From: a bacterium
Lineage (GTDB): Bacteria > Patescibacteriota > Doudnabacteria > UBA920
Reading direction: 5' to 3'
Assembly (NCBI GenBank): GCA_021791515.1
Contig: JAJYWK010000012.1
Location: forward strand, 1-61,203
Length of the DNA: 61,203 nt
A program made the position numbers and the translations under genes. Positions within the stretch are counted from its first letter, which is position 1. Each line of letters starts with the position of its first letter. The notes below the pieces were generated by a model. That model was given only the letters and a program-made list of their open reading frames with translations. It ran no database searches and was not told where the DNA came from. Shown here piece after piece: positions 27,774 through 36,272 of the stretch.

Positions 27774-28109
27774 CTATAAATCATCAACTTCAACCTTCGG
27801 TCCTTCGAAGTCGAAACTGGGGTCAATGACCTCTTCCCTTAAGTCCACTCTGGCGCGGGGCTGGGGCACGGTTTGGACGGTTGGGCCAGTGGCGGGTTTA
27901 GCCGATAGTTCTTCGGTCAATTGCGCCCGCATAATTTCTTTATTAATTTTTTCCACATCCAAAATTTGCCTTTGCAGTTTGCCCAAAAGCATTTTTTGAT
28001 ACTCATCTATACCCATTATCACCAGCTTCGGCTCACCCTGTTCGTCAATAACAAAAAACTTCCCTCCATCGGCTTTGGCTAAATTGATTAAATCTTGTAG
28101 TGATGCCAT
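27774..28109 (-). CDS. Hypothetical protein with Phd/YefM-like N-terminal segment
   Basis: KFFVIDEQGEPKLVIMGIDEYQKML resembles the antitoxin-fold pattern. No toxin partner nearby. Confidence 0.5.
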   Translation of the reverse strand: MASLQDLINLAKADGGKFFVIDEQGEPKLVIMGIDEYQKMLLGKLQRQILDVEKINKEIMRAQLTEELSAKPATGPTVQTVPQPRARVDLREEVIDPSFDFEGPKVEVDDL

Positions 28110-28260
28110 AGAATTAGCTGTTAGGAATCAGCTTGTAGCTTTTTAGATTATAACCCTTAAATGTAGCCAAAACAAGGGCTTTATCCAGCACTAATAAAAC
28201 TACAATCTTTAAGGGGTCCCTCCACTCCTTCGGATGCACTCAGTCGGTCGGGATAACGTA

Positions 28261-28286
28261 ACAAAAGGGCGGCCGTTCGGCCGCCC
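28261..28286 (-). terminator. Intrinsic terminator after fusA
   Basis: GGGCGGCC GAAC GGCCGCCC, followed by TTTTGT on the minus strand. Confidence 0.65.
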
Positions 28287-28336
28287 TTTAATTTCTGCGT
28301 CAGTCTGCGTTTAGTCCGCGTAAGTCCGCGCTTGTA

Positions 28337-30517
28337 TTACATTCCCTTACGCACGTTAATCCCCTGCCGGCTTTCAATAATTTTTTCCGCCACATTTCTT
28401 GGTACTTCGGCGTAGTGGTCAAATTCCATTGTGTAGGAAGCCTGACCCTGGGTCATACTGCGAAGAGCGGTGGCATAGCCAAACATTTCGGACAATGGCA
28501 CAAAAGCGTCTATAACCTTTAAGTGCAAGCGGTCGGTCATTTCGTTAATTTGCGCGCGTTTGGAATTCAAATCCCCAATCACGTCGCCCATGTTGGATTC
28601 CGGCGTAATAACCTCCACTTTCATAATCGGTTCCAAAATAATCGGATCAGCTCGCTTTACCACTTCCTGAAGACCCTTACTGGCCGCGATTTTAAACGCC
28701 ATTTCACTGGAGTCAACTTCGTGATAGCTTCCATCGTAAAGCGCGATGCGGAAATCCACCAAAGGATATCCGGCAATAACGCCATTAGCAGCGGATTCCT
28801 GAATACCTTTGTCAACAGGTTTAATAAATTCTTTCGGAATGACGCCGCCGACAATTTCGTCCACGAATTCATAGCCCTTGCCGCGCTCTAAAGGCTCAAT
28901 GCGCAAGTATACATGGCCGTATTGACCCTTACCGCCCGACTGGCGAATGTATTTGCTCTCGGCTTCGGCGGTCTTTTTTATAGTTTCCTTGTAAGCCACT
29001 TCCGGTTTGCCCACATTGGCTTCCACTTTAAATTCGCGCTTCATTCTGTCCACGATAATTTCCAGGTGCAGTTCGCCCATACCCGAAATAATAGTCTGCT
29101 GGGTTTCTTCGTCCCCGCGAATGCGGAAGGTCGGATCTTCTTCAGCGAGCTTGCTTAAAGCAATGCCCATTTTTTCCTGGTCAGCTTTGGTCTTGGGTTC
29201 AATGGACATGGAAATAACCGGCTCGGCAAACTTGATGGACTCCAGCATCATAGGCTTGTCCACGTCGCACAAAGTGTCGCCGGTAAAAGTATTTTTCGGG
29301 CCGACCAGCGCGCAAATGTCGCCGGCAAAAACTTCCTTAACCTCATCGCGCTGGTCCGCGCGCATTCTTACAATGCGTCCTACGCGCTCCTTGTCGCCGG
29401 TGCGCGCGTTAAGCACGTACGAGCCGGCTTCCAATTTTCCGGAATAAACGCGGAAAAAACACAGCCGGCCCACAAACGGGTCAGTGGCAATTTTAAAAGC
29501 CAAAGCCGTAAACGGCTCGTCGTCGGAGGGCTTTCTTTCTATTTCCGCGCCGGTTTTTAAATCGTGGCCTTTTACGTTGCCACGGTCTACCGGAGAGGGC
29601 AAAAAGTTAGTAACCGCGTCCAAAACTGTCTGCACAATAATCCCGCGCCCGTCGCCGCCTAAAACCGGGAAGAACTTGCCGCCCTGCACCGCCTTGCGAA
29701 TCGCGCTTAAAAATTCGGCTTCGGTTAATTCCTGACCGGCTAAATATTTTTCCATTAAAGCATCATCGCTCTCCACCACTTTTTCCAACAGCCGGTGGCG
29801 GTACTCTTTAGCCTTCTCCAGCATATTGGCCGGCACTTCTCCTACCGTGAATTCCTTATCCGTAAAATCTTTATAGGTATAGGATTTCATGTTAATCAAA
29901 TCCACCACGCCGTTGATTTCTTTTTCAAAACCAATTGGCAGTTGAATCGGAAAAGCATTCGGAGACAGGCGCTTGTGAATGGAATCCAAAGATTTGTAAA
30001 AATCGCCGCCGGTTTGGTTGATTTTATTAATAAAGCACATTCTGGGCACGCCGTATTTATCGGCCTGGCGCCAGACGGTCTCGCTTTGGGGCTCCACGCC
30101 CATTTTTCCGTCAAAAACTACAACCGCGCCGTCCAAAACGCGGAGCGATCTTTCAACCTCTACGGTAAAGTCCACGTGGCCCGGGGTGTCAATAATGTTG
30201 ATTTTGTGCCTTGCCCCGTTAAATTTCGCCGCAGGCGAACCGGCTTCGCCGGATTTAACGGGGTGAAGTATCGCCGGCGCTAATTTAATAAATTTCGGTT
30301 CCCAATAGCAGGTTACCGCGGCCGAGGTAATGGTAATACCGCGTTCGCGCTCCTGCTCCATCCAGTCGGTGGTGGTTTCGCCTTCGTGCACCGCGCCGAT
30401 TTTGTGGATCATGCCGGTGTTATACAAAACACCCTCGGTAACCGTGGTTTTCCCCGCGTCAATGTGAGCAATGATGCCGATATTCCTTGTTAACTCAATT
30501 GGATACTCTCTAGACAT
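28337..30517 (-). CDS. fusA: Elongation factor G
   Basis: [17 protein letters not shown], full-length 726 aa. Confidence 0.97.
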   Translation of the reverse strand: MSREYPIELTRNIGIIAHIDAGKTTVTEGVLYNTGMIHKIGAVHEGETTTDWMEQERERGITITSAAVTCYWEPKFIKLAPAILHPVKSGEAGSPAAKFNGARHKINIIDTPGHVDFTVEVERSLRVLDGAVVVFDGKMGVEPQSETVWRQADKYGVPRMCFINKINQTGGDFYKSLDSIHKRLSPNAFPIQLPIGFEKEINGVVDLINMKSYTYKDFTDKEFTVGEVPANMLEKAKEYRHRLLEKVVESDDALMEKYLAGQELTEAEFLSAIRKAVQGGKFFPVLGGDGRGIIVQTVLDAVTNFLPSPVDRGNVKGHDLKTGAEIERKPSDDEPFTALAFKIATDPFVGRLCFFRVYSGKLEAGSYVLNARTGDKERVGRIVRMRADQRDEVKEVFAGDICALVGPKNTFTGDTLCDVDKPMMLESIKFAEPVISMSIEPKTKADQEKMGIALSKLAEEDPTFRIRGDEETQQTIISGMGELHLEIIVDRMKREFKVEANVGKPEVAYKETIKKTAEAESKYIRQSGGKGQYGHVYLRIEPLERGKGYEFVDEIVGGVIPKEFIKPVDKGIQESAANGVIAGYPLVDFRIALYDGSYHEVDSSEMAFKIAASKGLQEVVKRADPIILEPIMKVEVITPESNMGDVIGDLNSKRAQINEMTDRLHLKVIDAFVPLSEMFGYATALRSMTQGQASYTMEFDHYAEVPRNVAEKIIESRQGINVRKGM
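30214..30263. repeat. 50-nt hairpin element inserted in-frame in the fusA G domain
   Basis: CCCCGTTAAAT ... ATTTAACGGGG 11-bp perfect arms enclosing two mini-hairpins. Lies in the segment [29 protein letters not shown]. Confidence 0.85.
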
Positions 30518-30750
30518 TTTAGATTTTAGATTTAATGATTTTGGATTGTAGGGGGCGGACTTGCCCGCCAGTTAATCGATTATATAGTATACCGATTTAT
30601 CGGTTTTAGTTTCTGTAGGCATCTGTAGTGCATTTCCTCTGTAGTTCTGTAGTACCTTTACAAACCTCTCTCTCTTTGATATTCTGACCTGTCACCATAA
30701 AGGGATACGGGCCTTGAGACCCTAAAGCCCGGCGAGAAAGGAGGAAGCCA

Positions 30751-31011
30751 ATGCTAATAAACGGCTATCATCGATGTCCACACTTGCCCTTGGATGTCGT
30801 AATCCACCACCAAGCAAACCCGGTGCAGTGGTTCCTAGAGCATAGAGCACCGGCGATTTCAGAACTCCGGATCCCCGAGAAGGTTTTCTTGCTCGCAATC
30901 TGGTTCTGCCCCATCTGCGGGCAGAATCTCAGCCAGCCACCAGAGGAAGCTCTGCCGCGCGACGGCCGGACGAGCGATCTGGATCTGCCCAAGGACTCGG
31001 TCCCCATCTGA
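30751..31011 (+). CDS. GC-rich small ORF (86 aa), convergent with the str operon
   Basis: AAGGAGG 6 nt before the ATG. HRCPH ... CPICG Cys/His pairs. Intrinsic terminator downstream. Confidence 0.5.
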   Translation: MLINGYHRCPHLPLDVVIHHQANPVQWFLEHRAPAISELRIPEKVFLLAIWFCPICGQNLSQPPEEALPRDGRTSDLDLPKDSVPI

Positions 31012-31035
31012 ACAGTACCTGCCGCCGCCACTCTC

Positions 31036-31078
31036 GCGCCGCGCCTGACCCTCCCGGTCTCGCGCGGCGCATTTTTTT
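31036..31078 (+). terminator. Intrinsic terminator of the 86-aa ORF
   Basis: GCGCCGCGC ... GCGCGGCGC stem, followed by ATTTTTTT. Confidence 0.6.
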
Positions 31079-31241
31079 GATTCAAATTACGTAATTAATT
31101 ACGTAATTATTTTTTAAAGTTCCTTATAAATGTATCGTCCTAAATTTATTTTAGGACCCATCCTTCTTTGTAGATTCTGAAACAAGTTCAGAATGACACT
31201 TCAGCGTAAGTCTGCGTTCAGTCCGCGTTAGTCAGCGCTGT

Positions 31242-31838
31242 TTATCTGCGTTTATTTCCAAACCTCGCAAAGTGCGCGAAGGCCTTGTTGGCTTCGGCCA
31301 TTCGGTGCACGTCTTCTCTCTTTTTCATGGCAATACCGGTCTTGTTATAAGCATCCAGTACTTCTTGGGCCAACTTTTCGGCCATGGGCACGCCTTTACG
31401 CGAGCGGGCGCCCAAAAGCAGCCAGCGCATAGCCAAGGTGGTGCGCCTCGGTTCCATAACTTCCATCGGCACTTGATAGTTAGCTCCGCCAATACGGCGG
31501 GATTTTAATTCCATAATCGGCGCCACGTTTTTTAAGGCAATGTCAAAGGCGGCTCTGCCGTCCAGTTTTTTCTCGGCCGGTGCGGCTTTTTTGGCATCCA
31601 CTGGCGCGGCCTTGTCGGCCGCTGCCGGTTTTGCCGCCGATGGAGTAGCCGGAGCGATAACCGGCATCTGGGCAATCTTCTCGCTCACAATATCCAGGGC
31701 AGTATAAAAAATCCTGCGCGCAACGGTTTTCTTGCCGCGCTCCATTATCAGATTAATAAATTTGGCGTACTTCACCGAGCCGTATTTCGGATCCGGCAAA
31801 GGCACGTGTTTGTCGTATGAACGTGATTTTCTAGGCAT
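31242..31838 (-). CDS. rpsG: 30S ribosomal protein S7 with ~36-aa Ala/Pro/Lys insertion
   Basis: MPRKSR..LPDPKYGS ... KSRRIGGANYQVPMEV. Confidence 0.93.
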   Translation of the reverse strand: MPRKSRSYDKHVPLPDPKYGSVKYAKFINLIMERGKKTVARRIFYTALDIVSEKIAQMPVIAPATPSAAKPAAADKAAPVDAKKAAPAEKKLDGRAAFDIALKNVAPIMELKSRRIGGANYQVPMEVMEPRRTTLAMRWLLLGARSRKGVPMAEKLAQEVLDAYNKTGIAMKKREDVHRMAEANKAFAHFARFGNKRR

Positions 31839-31990
31839 AATAGATTTTCCTTACAATTCTCCTCTCTCCAATTCTTGGAGAGAGGCCGGGAGAGAGGTTA
31901 AAACCTAAGTTTCAAACCTCTCTGTCCCGCCTTCGGCGGGACATCTCCCCTCCGCCAGCTGGCGGACTTGGGGAGAATAATAATGTAAAA
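31839..31990 (-). repeat. Intercistronic mosaic hairpin element, short form
   Basis: Fills the rpsL-stop to rpsG-start gap; modules GTCCCGCCTTCGGCGGGAC and CCGCCAGCTGGCGG. Confidence 0.9.
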
Positions 31991-32404
31991 CTATTTTCTC
32001 TTCGCTCCATACTTGCTTCTTGAGCGTTTCCGACCGTCAACGCCTAATGTATCCAACTTCCCTCTTACAATGTGATAGCGCACGCCGGGCAAATCTTTTA
32101 CCCTACCGCCACGAATCATAACCACGCTGTGTTCCTGCAAGTTGTGGCCAATGCCGGGAATATAGGCAATTACTTCCATCCCGTTGGTGAGTTTCACTTT
32201 GGCAACTTTGCGCAAAGCAGAGTTCGGCTTTTTTGGCGTGGTGGTATACACCTTTAAGCACACGCCGCGCATAAACGGCGCTCCGGTTTTTATGTGCAGG
32301 GTTTTATTTTTGATTAAGTTGACGCGGCGCATAAGCGCAGGGCTTTTGCTCTTGTACTTAAACGGATGCCGCCCTTTTCGAACTAATTGGTTGATTGTTG
32401 GCAT
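31991..32404 (-). CDS. rpsL: 30S ribosomal protein S12
   Basis: [13 protein letters not shown]. Start at the internal ATG; the upstream 67 codons of the tracked ORF are repeat sequence. Confidence 0.93.
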   Translation of the reverse strand: MPTINQLVRKGRHPFKYKSKSPALMRRVNLIKNKTLHIKTGAPFMRGVCLKVYTTTPKKPNSALRKVAKVKLTNGMEVIAYIPGIGHNLQEHSVVMIRGGRVKDLPGVRYHIVRGKLDTLGVDGRKRSRSKYGAKRK

Positions 32405-32590
32405 AAATAGTCCATTCCTTATTCGGTTCCCCTCTCCAATTTCCGCCAGAGGCGGATCTGCCTTAGGCATGACATGGAGAGGGGTCAGGGGAGAGGTTAA
32501 AAACTTAGATTTCAAACCCCTCTGTCCCGACGAGTCGGGACATCTCACCTCCGCCAGCTGGCGGACTTGGGGAGAAAAATAATGATTAAA
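32405..32590 (-). repeat. Mosaic hairpin element in the rpsL leader
   Basis: Same head (GGTTCCCCTCTCCAATT...) and tail modules as the intercistronic copies; abuts the rpsL ATG. Confidence 0.9.
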
Positions 32591-32847
32591 TCTATCTTGG
32601 CGCAATAAAAACTGATTATAGACATCAGTTTTGCGTCTACTTCGCTCATTCGGTACTCATCAGAAACCGCTGATGTTGCTTCCCAAACAAGTCGACTAAA
32701 ATTGAGTAATTCAACCACAGATTTTTATCGCAGATAAACACTGATAACTTTATCTGTGCCATCTGTCCCAATCTGCGCCCGCCTGCAACGCTATGCGTAG
32801 CATTGCGGGCAGGTATCTGCGGTCGGGTTTCTTATTCAATTAAACGT

Positions 32848-32877
32848 ATTATACCTTAGCTGTGGCTTAACTGTCAA
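32848..32877 (-). promoter_or_regulatory. Sigma-70-type promoter of the str operon
   Basis: Minus strand: TTGACA (32877-32872), 18 nt, TATAAT (32853-32848). Confidence 0.55.
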
Positions 32878-32885
32878 ATTAATTT

Positions 32886-32914
32886 TTGACATCTTTTTTC
32901 AAATCCTGTAAATT
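32886..32914 (+). promoter_or_regulatory. Promoter of the 85-aa plus-strand ORF
   Basis: TTGACA (32886-32891), 17 nt, TAAATT (32909-32914). The ATG lies 10 nt after the -10 box. Confidence 0.5.
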
Positions 32915-32924
32915 ATACGACAGT

Positions 32925-33182
32925 ATGCAACCACAAACGCCTGATACCGAACCCAGCCCGCTCACTGTGGGCAGCGATGTATTGGCCATCACGAGCCCTG
33001 TTGACGTTGTCGGCAGGTCACGCGTAGTGCCAATGGGGGGCAAGTATCGGATAACCGAAATCTTGCCTGGATTCAGCGAAGGTCAACTCCACGCCCGTGT
33101 GGGGGAAATCAAGGAGGATGGAACCGTGAAACCGGTACCCGCACTTTTTCACCTTTCCAGCTTCAGAGCGGCGACCGCCTGA
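32925..33182 (+). CDS. GC-rich small ORF (85 aa), probably near-leaderless
   Basis: MQPQTPDTEPSPLTVGSDVLAITSPVDVV... has protein-like composition. No SD; promoter directly upstream. Confidence 0.5.
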   Translation: MQPQTPDTEPSPLTVGSDVLAITSPVDVVGRSRVVPMGGKYRITEILPGFSEGQLHARVGEIKEDGTVKPVPALFHLSSFRAATA

Positions 33183-33282
33183 TACAAGAGCGCCTATTCG
33201 GCGCAAACAACAAAAGCCGATCCTCGCGCCCGTCACACCAGTGGCAATGGGCGAAAGGAAAGGCTTTTTCTCTTTTTTGGTA

Positions 33283-33891
33283 TTAAAAAAACCTAAGGCC
33301 AAAAATTGTGCCGAACCACAAAATCACAGGTACTAACAAATAATTCAGCCACCCCAGATACAAAAATAAAAGCACCAATAAAAACCCATAGCGCTCCAGG
33401 GATAAAATTTTCTCCATCCAGGCATTAGGCGCCAAAGAAGCCAAAATTTTACTGCCATCCAGCGGCGGAATCGGCACCAAATTAAAAGTCCCCAAAACCA
33501 AATTAATTAAAATCCCCTGCATTAATATTGGATAAGAAATCTCATTTGCCAACCCCAGCTTAATCGGCAAAACCAACAAAATAGCGAGCGCAAAATTAGA
33601 CAAAGGGCCTGCTAAACTTACCAAAGCCATACCCTTCTTTGGCTCCCTTAAATTATTAAAATTCACTGGCACCGGCTTGGCTGCGCCAAAAATAATCGGA
33701 GAACCTACGCTTAGTAAAATAAAGGGCAATAAAATGCTGCCAAACGGATCTATATGGGGAATTGGATTTAAAGTAATTCTCCCTGCTTCCCTGGCCGTGT
33801 CATCGCCCAATTTTTCCGCCATAAGGCCGTGCGCCACTTCATGCACTATGGCGCTAAATATTAAAATGATAAATGTAATTAGAATGTCCAT
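33283..33891 (-). CDS. Site-2 protease (M50) family membrane metalloprotease
   Basis: HEVAHG and NLVPIPPLDGSK. Start at MDILITF; the upstream codons are repeat sequence. Confidence 0.85.
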   Translation of the reverse strand: MDILITFIILIFSAIVHEVAHGLMAEKLGDDTAREAGRITLNPIPHIDPFGSILLPFILLSVGSPIIFGAAKPVPVNFNNLREPKKGMALVSLAGPLSNFALAILLVLPIKLGLANEISYPILMQGILINLVLGTFNLVPIPPLDGSKILASLAPNAWMEKILSLERYGFLLVLLFLYLGWLNYLLVPVILWFGTIFGLRFF

Positions 33892-34040
33892 AAAAAAATA
33901 AAGCCTGAAACATGAAGCATGATACATGTTTTATATTTCATGTTTCATAATTTTTCCCTTGACCATTATACCAAACTATGTTAATCTGTTCTAGATACTT
34001 AATACTTAATACTTAATACTAAATACAAGATACTTATTCC

Positions 34041-34214
34041 ATGCCCAGACAATGCGCCGTTTGCAATAAAACTTACTCCCGCACCATAAAGCGCTCTCAT
34101 TCCATGAGACCTTCTATTGTGCGCCTTTTGCCTAACTTACAGTATGCGGTTTTTGACGGCCAGCGCGTAAAAGCCTGCGCGAGATGCATAAAAACCCAGA
34201 ACAAAGGCAAGTAG
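34041..34214 (+). CDS. rpmB: 50S ribosomal protein L28 (57 aa)
   Basis: Own translation: MPRQCAVCNKTYSRTIKRSHSMRPSIVRLLPNLQYAVFDGQRVKACARCIKTQNKGK*. Below the ORF-track length cutoff. Confidence 0.85.
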   Translation: MPRQCAVCNKTYSRTIKRSHSMRPSIVRLLPNLQYAVFDGQRVKACARCIKTQNKGK

Positions 34215-34252
34215 AGCCGCGGACCATACGCGGATAAACGCTGAAACTTAAA

Positions 34253-34280
34253 GGCCGCCCAAAAACGGGCGGTCTTTTTT
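34253..34280. terminator. Terminator between convergent rpmB and the Cys-rich mini-gene
   Basis: GGCCGCCC AAAAAC GGGCGGTC TTTTTT. Confidence 0.65.
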
Positions 34281-34287
34281 ATACCTG

Positions 34288-34455
34288 TCATTCTCCATCC
34301 ACAGCGTCCGACTTCGGCATAACTTCTTCGTGATTACCGTCGGTGCAATTACATTCCACTAACGGCTGGTTATGCATTCGACAGCTTTCCGCCTGGCAAT
34401 TGCCAGGCTGGTCCGAGACCCCGCCGCAATCGCCGGTGCAAACATAATGAACCAT
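34288..34455 (-). CDS. Cys-rich small protein (55 aa)
   Basis: Own translation: MVHYVCTGDCGGVSDQPGNCQAESCRMHNQPLVECNCTDGNHEEVMPKSDAVDGE*. Contains 7 Cys. Confidence 0.5.
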   Translation of the reverse strand: MVHYVCTGDCGGVSDQPGNCQAESCRMHNQPLVECNCTDGNHEEVMPKSDAVDGE

Positions 34456-34527
34456 ATAATTTTTAAATTTAAGATTTATAATTAAAGGATTAAAACTTGT
34501 TATCTTACATCTTATATCTTACATCTA

Positions 34528-36252
34528 TTAGTGCCCGAAAAATCCTCTCGCGTCCTTGTCCGGGAGCATAACCAAAGTTATTTTGTTATCTTCGCAAAAC
34601 TTTTTAACTTCCTCATCGCGCACACTGCCGGAAGTGGCGAAGATGGTTGTAATGCCGGCGTTAAATAAAACCTGAACACCGTCCACAAACGGAAAAAAGC
34701 TGTCGCTGTAGGCAGTGGCATTCTTAACATCATGACCCGCGTCAGTTGCGCGTTTTATGGCCAACTGACAGCAACCCACCCTGTCCTGCTGACCCACGCC
34801 GTTTCCAAGCAGCTGATTATTTTTTACGACCGTGACCGTGTTGCTATTGCTGGTAGAGCCAATTGCCCAGGCTAAAATGATATCCGATTTTTGCTGGTCT
34901 GATAAATTCCCTATTCGTGTCATTCGGGTAGAATTCGTGTCATTCGGGTCGGACAAATTTGGTATAAATGAATAATTTGGCTGTTTTAAAAACCCGCCGC
35001 GCACGTAGCGAAAACGAGAATGTTGATCGAGAGAATTTTTAGAAAGCGATGTGAGAGCCGGATTAACTAAAAATCTGCACTTGTCGCCTTTTCGCTTCAT
35101 TAGTTCTATAGCTTTCTGATCAAAATCCGGCGCAATAATTCCGTCCAGCAAACGCCTTCCCGATTCCATACGATGAGTTAAAAGTACCTCTGCCAACTCT
35201 TCATCTATTTTAAAATTTACCATTACTACTCCGCCGAATATTGCGCGCAAATCCCCTTCCAGCATTTTTTGGATTGCGGTTTTAGCGTCTTGTGATGCTG
35301 ATGCCCCGCACGGATTTCCATGTTTGACCCCAACTGCAATATTCAATTTAGACCTCCCCTCCCCAAGACTTGGGGAGGGGTCGGGGGAGAGGTTGATTTT
35401 ATTCACATCAAACCCCGCGGCTATGTGGGTCATGGTCTGCAAGAGCCTGTCAACATCCGCCAAATTATTGTAAGACGGCGCCGTACCCGCAACTAACTTA
35501 AAATTAGAAATTGCTAATTCATCTTCAATTTCGTTTTTAAACAGCCCAGCCGGCACCTGCCAGGCATTCTCTCCGTATTTAAGGCCCAAAACTTCATGGG
35601 CAACCACGCCGCCAATCTTGCCTTGGGCATGATAGCGGGCTGAAGCCAAAGCATAATCAGACACAACAAATTCCGCTTTGGCGCAATATTTGTTTATAAA
35701 ATTTTCCCTATCCGGCTCGCCGTTTTTTAACCACTCGATTATTTTTGGCCTATCTTCGGGATCACAGACAACTATGCGTCGGCCCTTTGCCGCGCTTCTT
35801 AGCATTGTCGGCCCGCCAATATCGGTTTTTTCTAACACAGCTTCTAATCCTTTTTGTTTCTCTCCCCAAGTTTGGGGAGAGTTAGAGAGAGGTTGATGTT
35901 TAGTAATCTCCTCCGAAAGCGGATACAAATCCACGCAAACCAAATCTATAAACGGAATATGCAAACGATCCAACTCTTTTCGATCCTCATCAATATCCCG
36001 CGCCAAAAGCCCGGCATGGATTTCGCGCGACAGTGTAACCACGCGGTGGCCCAAAATCGCCCCACCGCCGACAAGCGAAGCCACATCTGTGGTCTCAATG
36101 CCGGCATCGGATAACACCTTGGCCGTCCCCCCGCTGGCTAAAATTCTAAAACCCAAAGCAACCAGTTCTTTGGCAAACTCCACAATCCCTTCTTTATTGA
36201 AAACCGAAATTAAGGCTATCCTGTTCTTTACATTTTGATCAATCATAATCAT
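34528..36252 (-). CDS. purH: Bifunctional AICAR transformylase / IMP cyclohydrolase
   Basis: MGS-like N-terminus (SVFNKEGIVEFAKEL..GGTAK), GVKHGNPCGAS, AYSDSFFPF. Confidence 0.9.
   Translation of the reverse strand: MIMIDQNVKNRIALISVFNKEGIVEFAKELVALGFRILASGGTAKVLSDAGIETTDVASLVGGGAILGHRVVTLSREIHAGLLARDIDEDRKELDRLHIPFIDLVCVDLYPLSEEITKHQPLSNSPQTWGEKQKGLEAVLEKTDIGGPTMLRSAAKGRRIVVCDPEDRPKIIEWLKNGEPDRENFINKYCAKAEFVVSDYALASARYHAQGKIGGVVAHEVLGLKYGENAWQVPAGLFKNEIEDELAISNFKLVAGTAPSYNNLADVDRLLQTMTHIAAGFDVNKINLSPDPSPSLGEGRSKLNIAVGVKHGNPCGASASQDAKTAIQKMLEGDLRAIFGGVVMVNFKIDEELAEVLLTHRMESGRRLLDGIIAPDFDQKAIELMKRKGDKCRFLVNPALTSLSKNSLDQHSRFRYVRGGFLKQPNYSFIPNLSDPNDTNSTRMTRIGNLSDQQKSDIILAWAIGSTSNSNTVTVVKNNQLLGNGVGQQDRVGCCQLAIKRATDAGHDVKNATAYSDSFFPFVDGVQVLFNAGITTIFATSGSVRDEEVKKFCEDNKITLVMLPDKDARGFFGH
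35351..35396. repeat. Palindromic module inserted in-frame in purH
   Basis: GACCTCCCCTCCCCAAGACTTGGGGAGGGGTCGGGGGAGAGGTTG; encodes LSPDPSPSLGEGRS. Confidence 0.85.
35860..35897. repeat. Palindromic module inserted in-frame in purH
   Basis: CTCTCCCCAAGTTTGGGGAGAGTTAGAGAGAGGTTG; encodes LSNSPQTWGEK. Confidence 0.85.
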
Positions 36253-36272
36253 TTTTTATTTAATAAAACCTT

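Noticed and set aside
30768-31085. A 105-aa minus-strand ORF in the rpsG-fusA spacer
   Set aside because: It is extremely Arg/Gly-rich and antisense to the better-supported plus-strand 86-aa ORF. It has no SD.
32405-32605. A 67-codon N-terminal extension of rpsL ([10 protein letters not shown]...)
   Set aside because: It lies entirely within the mosaic repeat. S12 begins at the conserved [11 protein letters not shown].
34097-34291. A 64-aa minus-strand ORF
   Set aside because: It is antisense to the clearly recognisable L28 gene (rpmB) and runs through the shared terminator.
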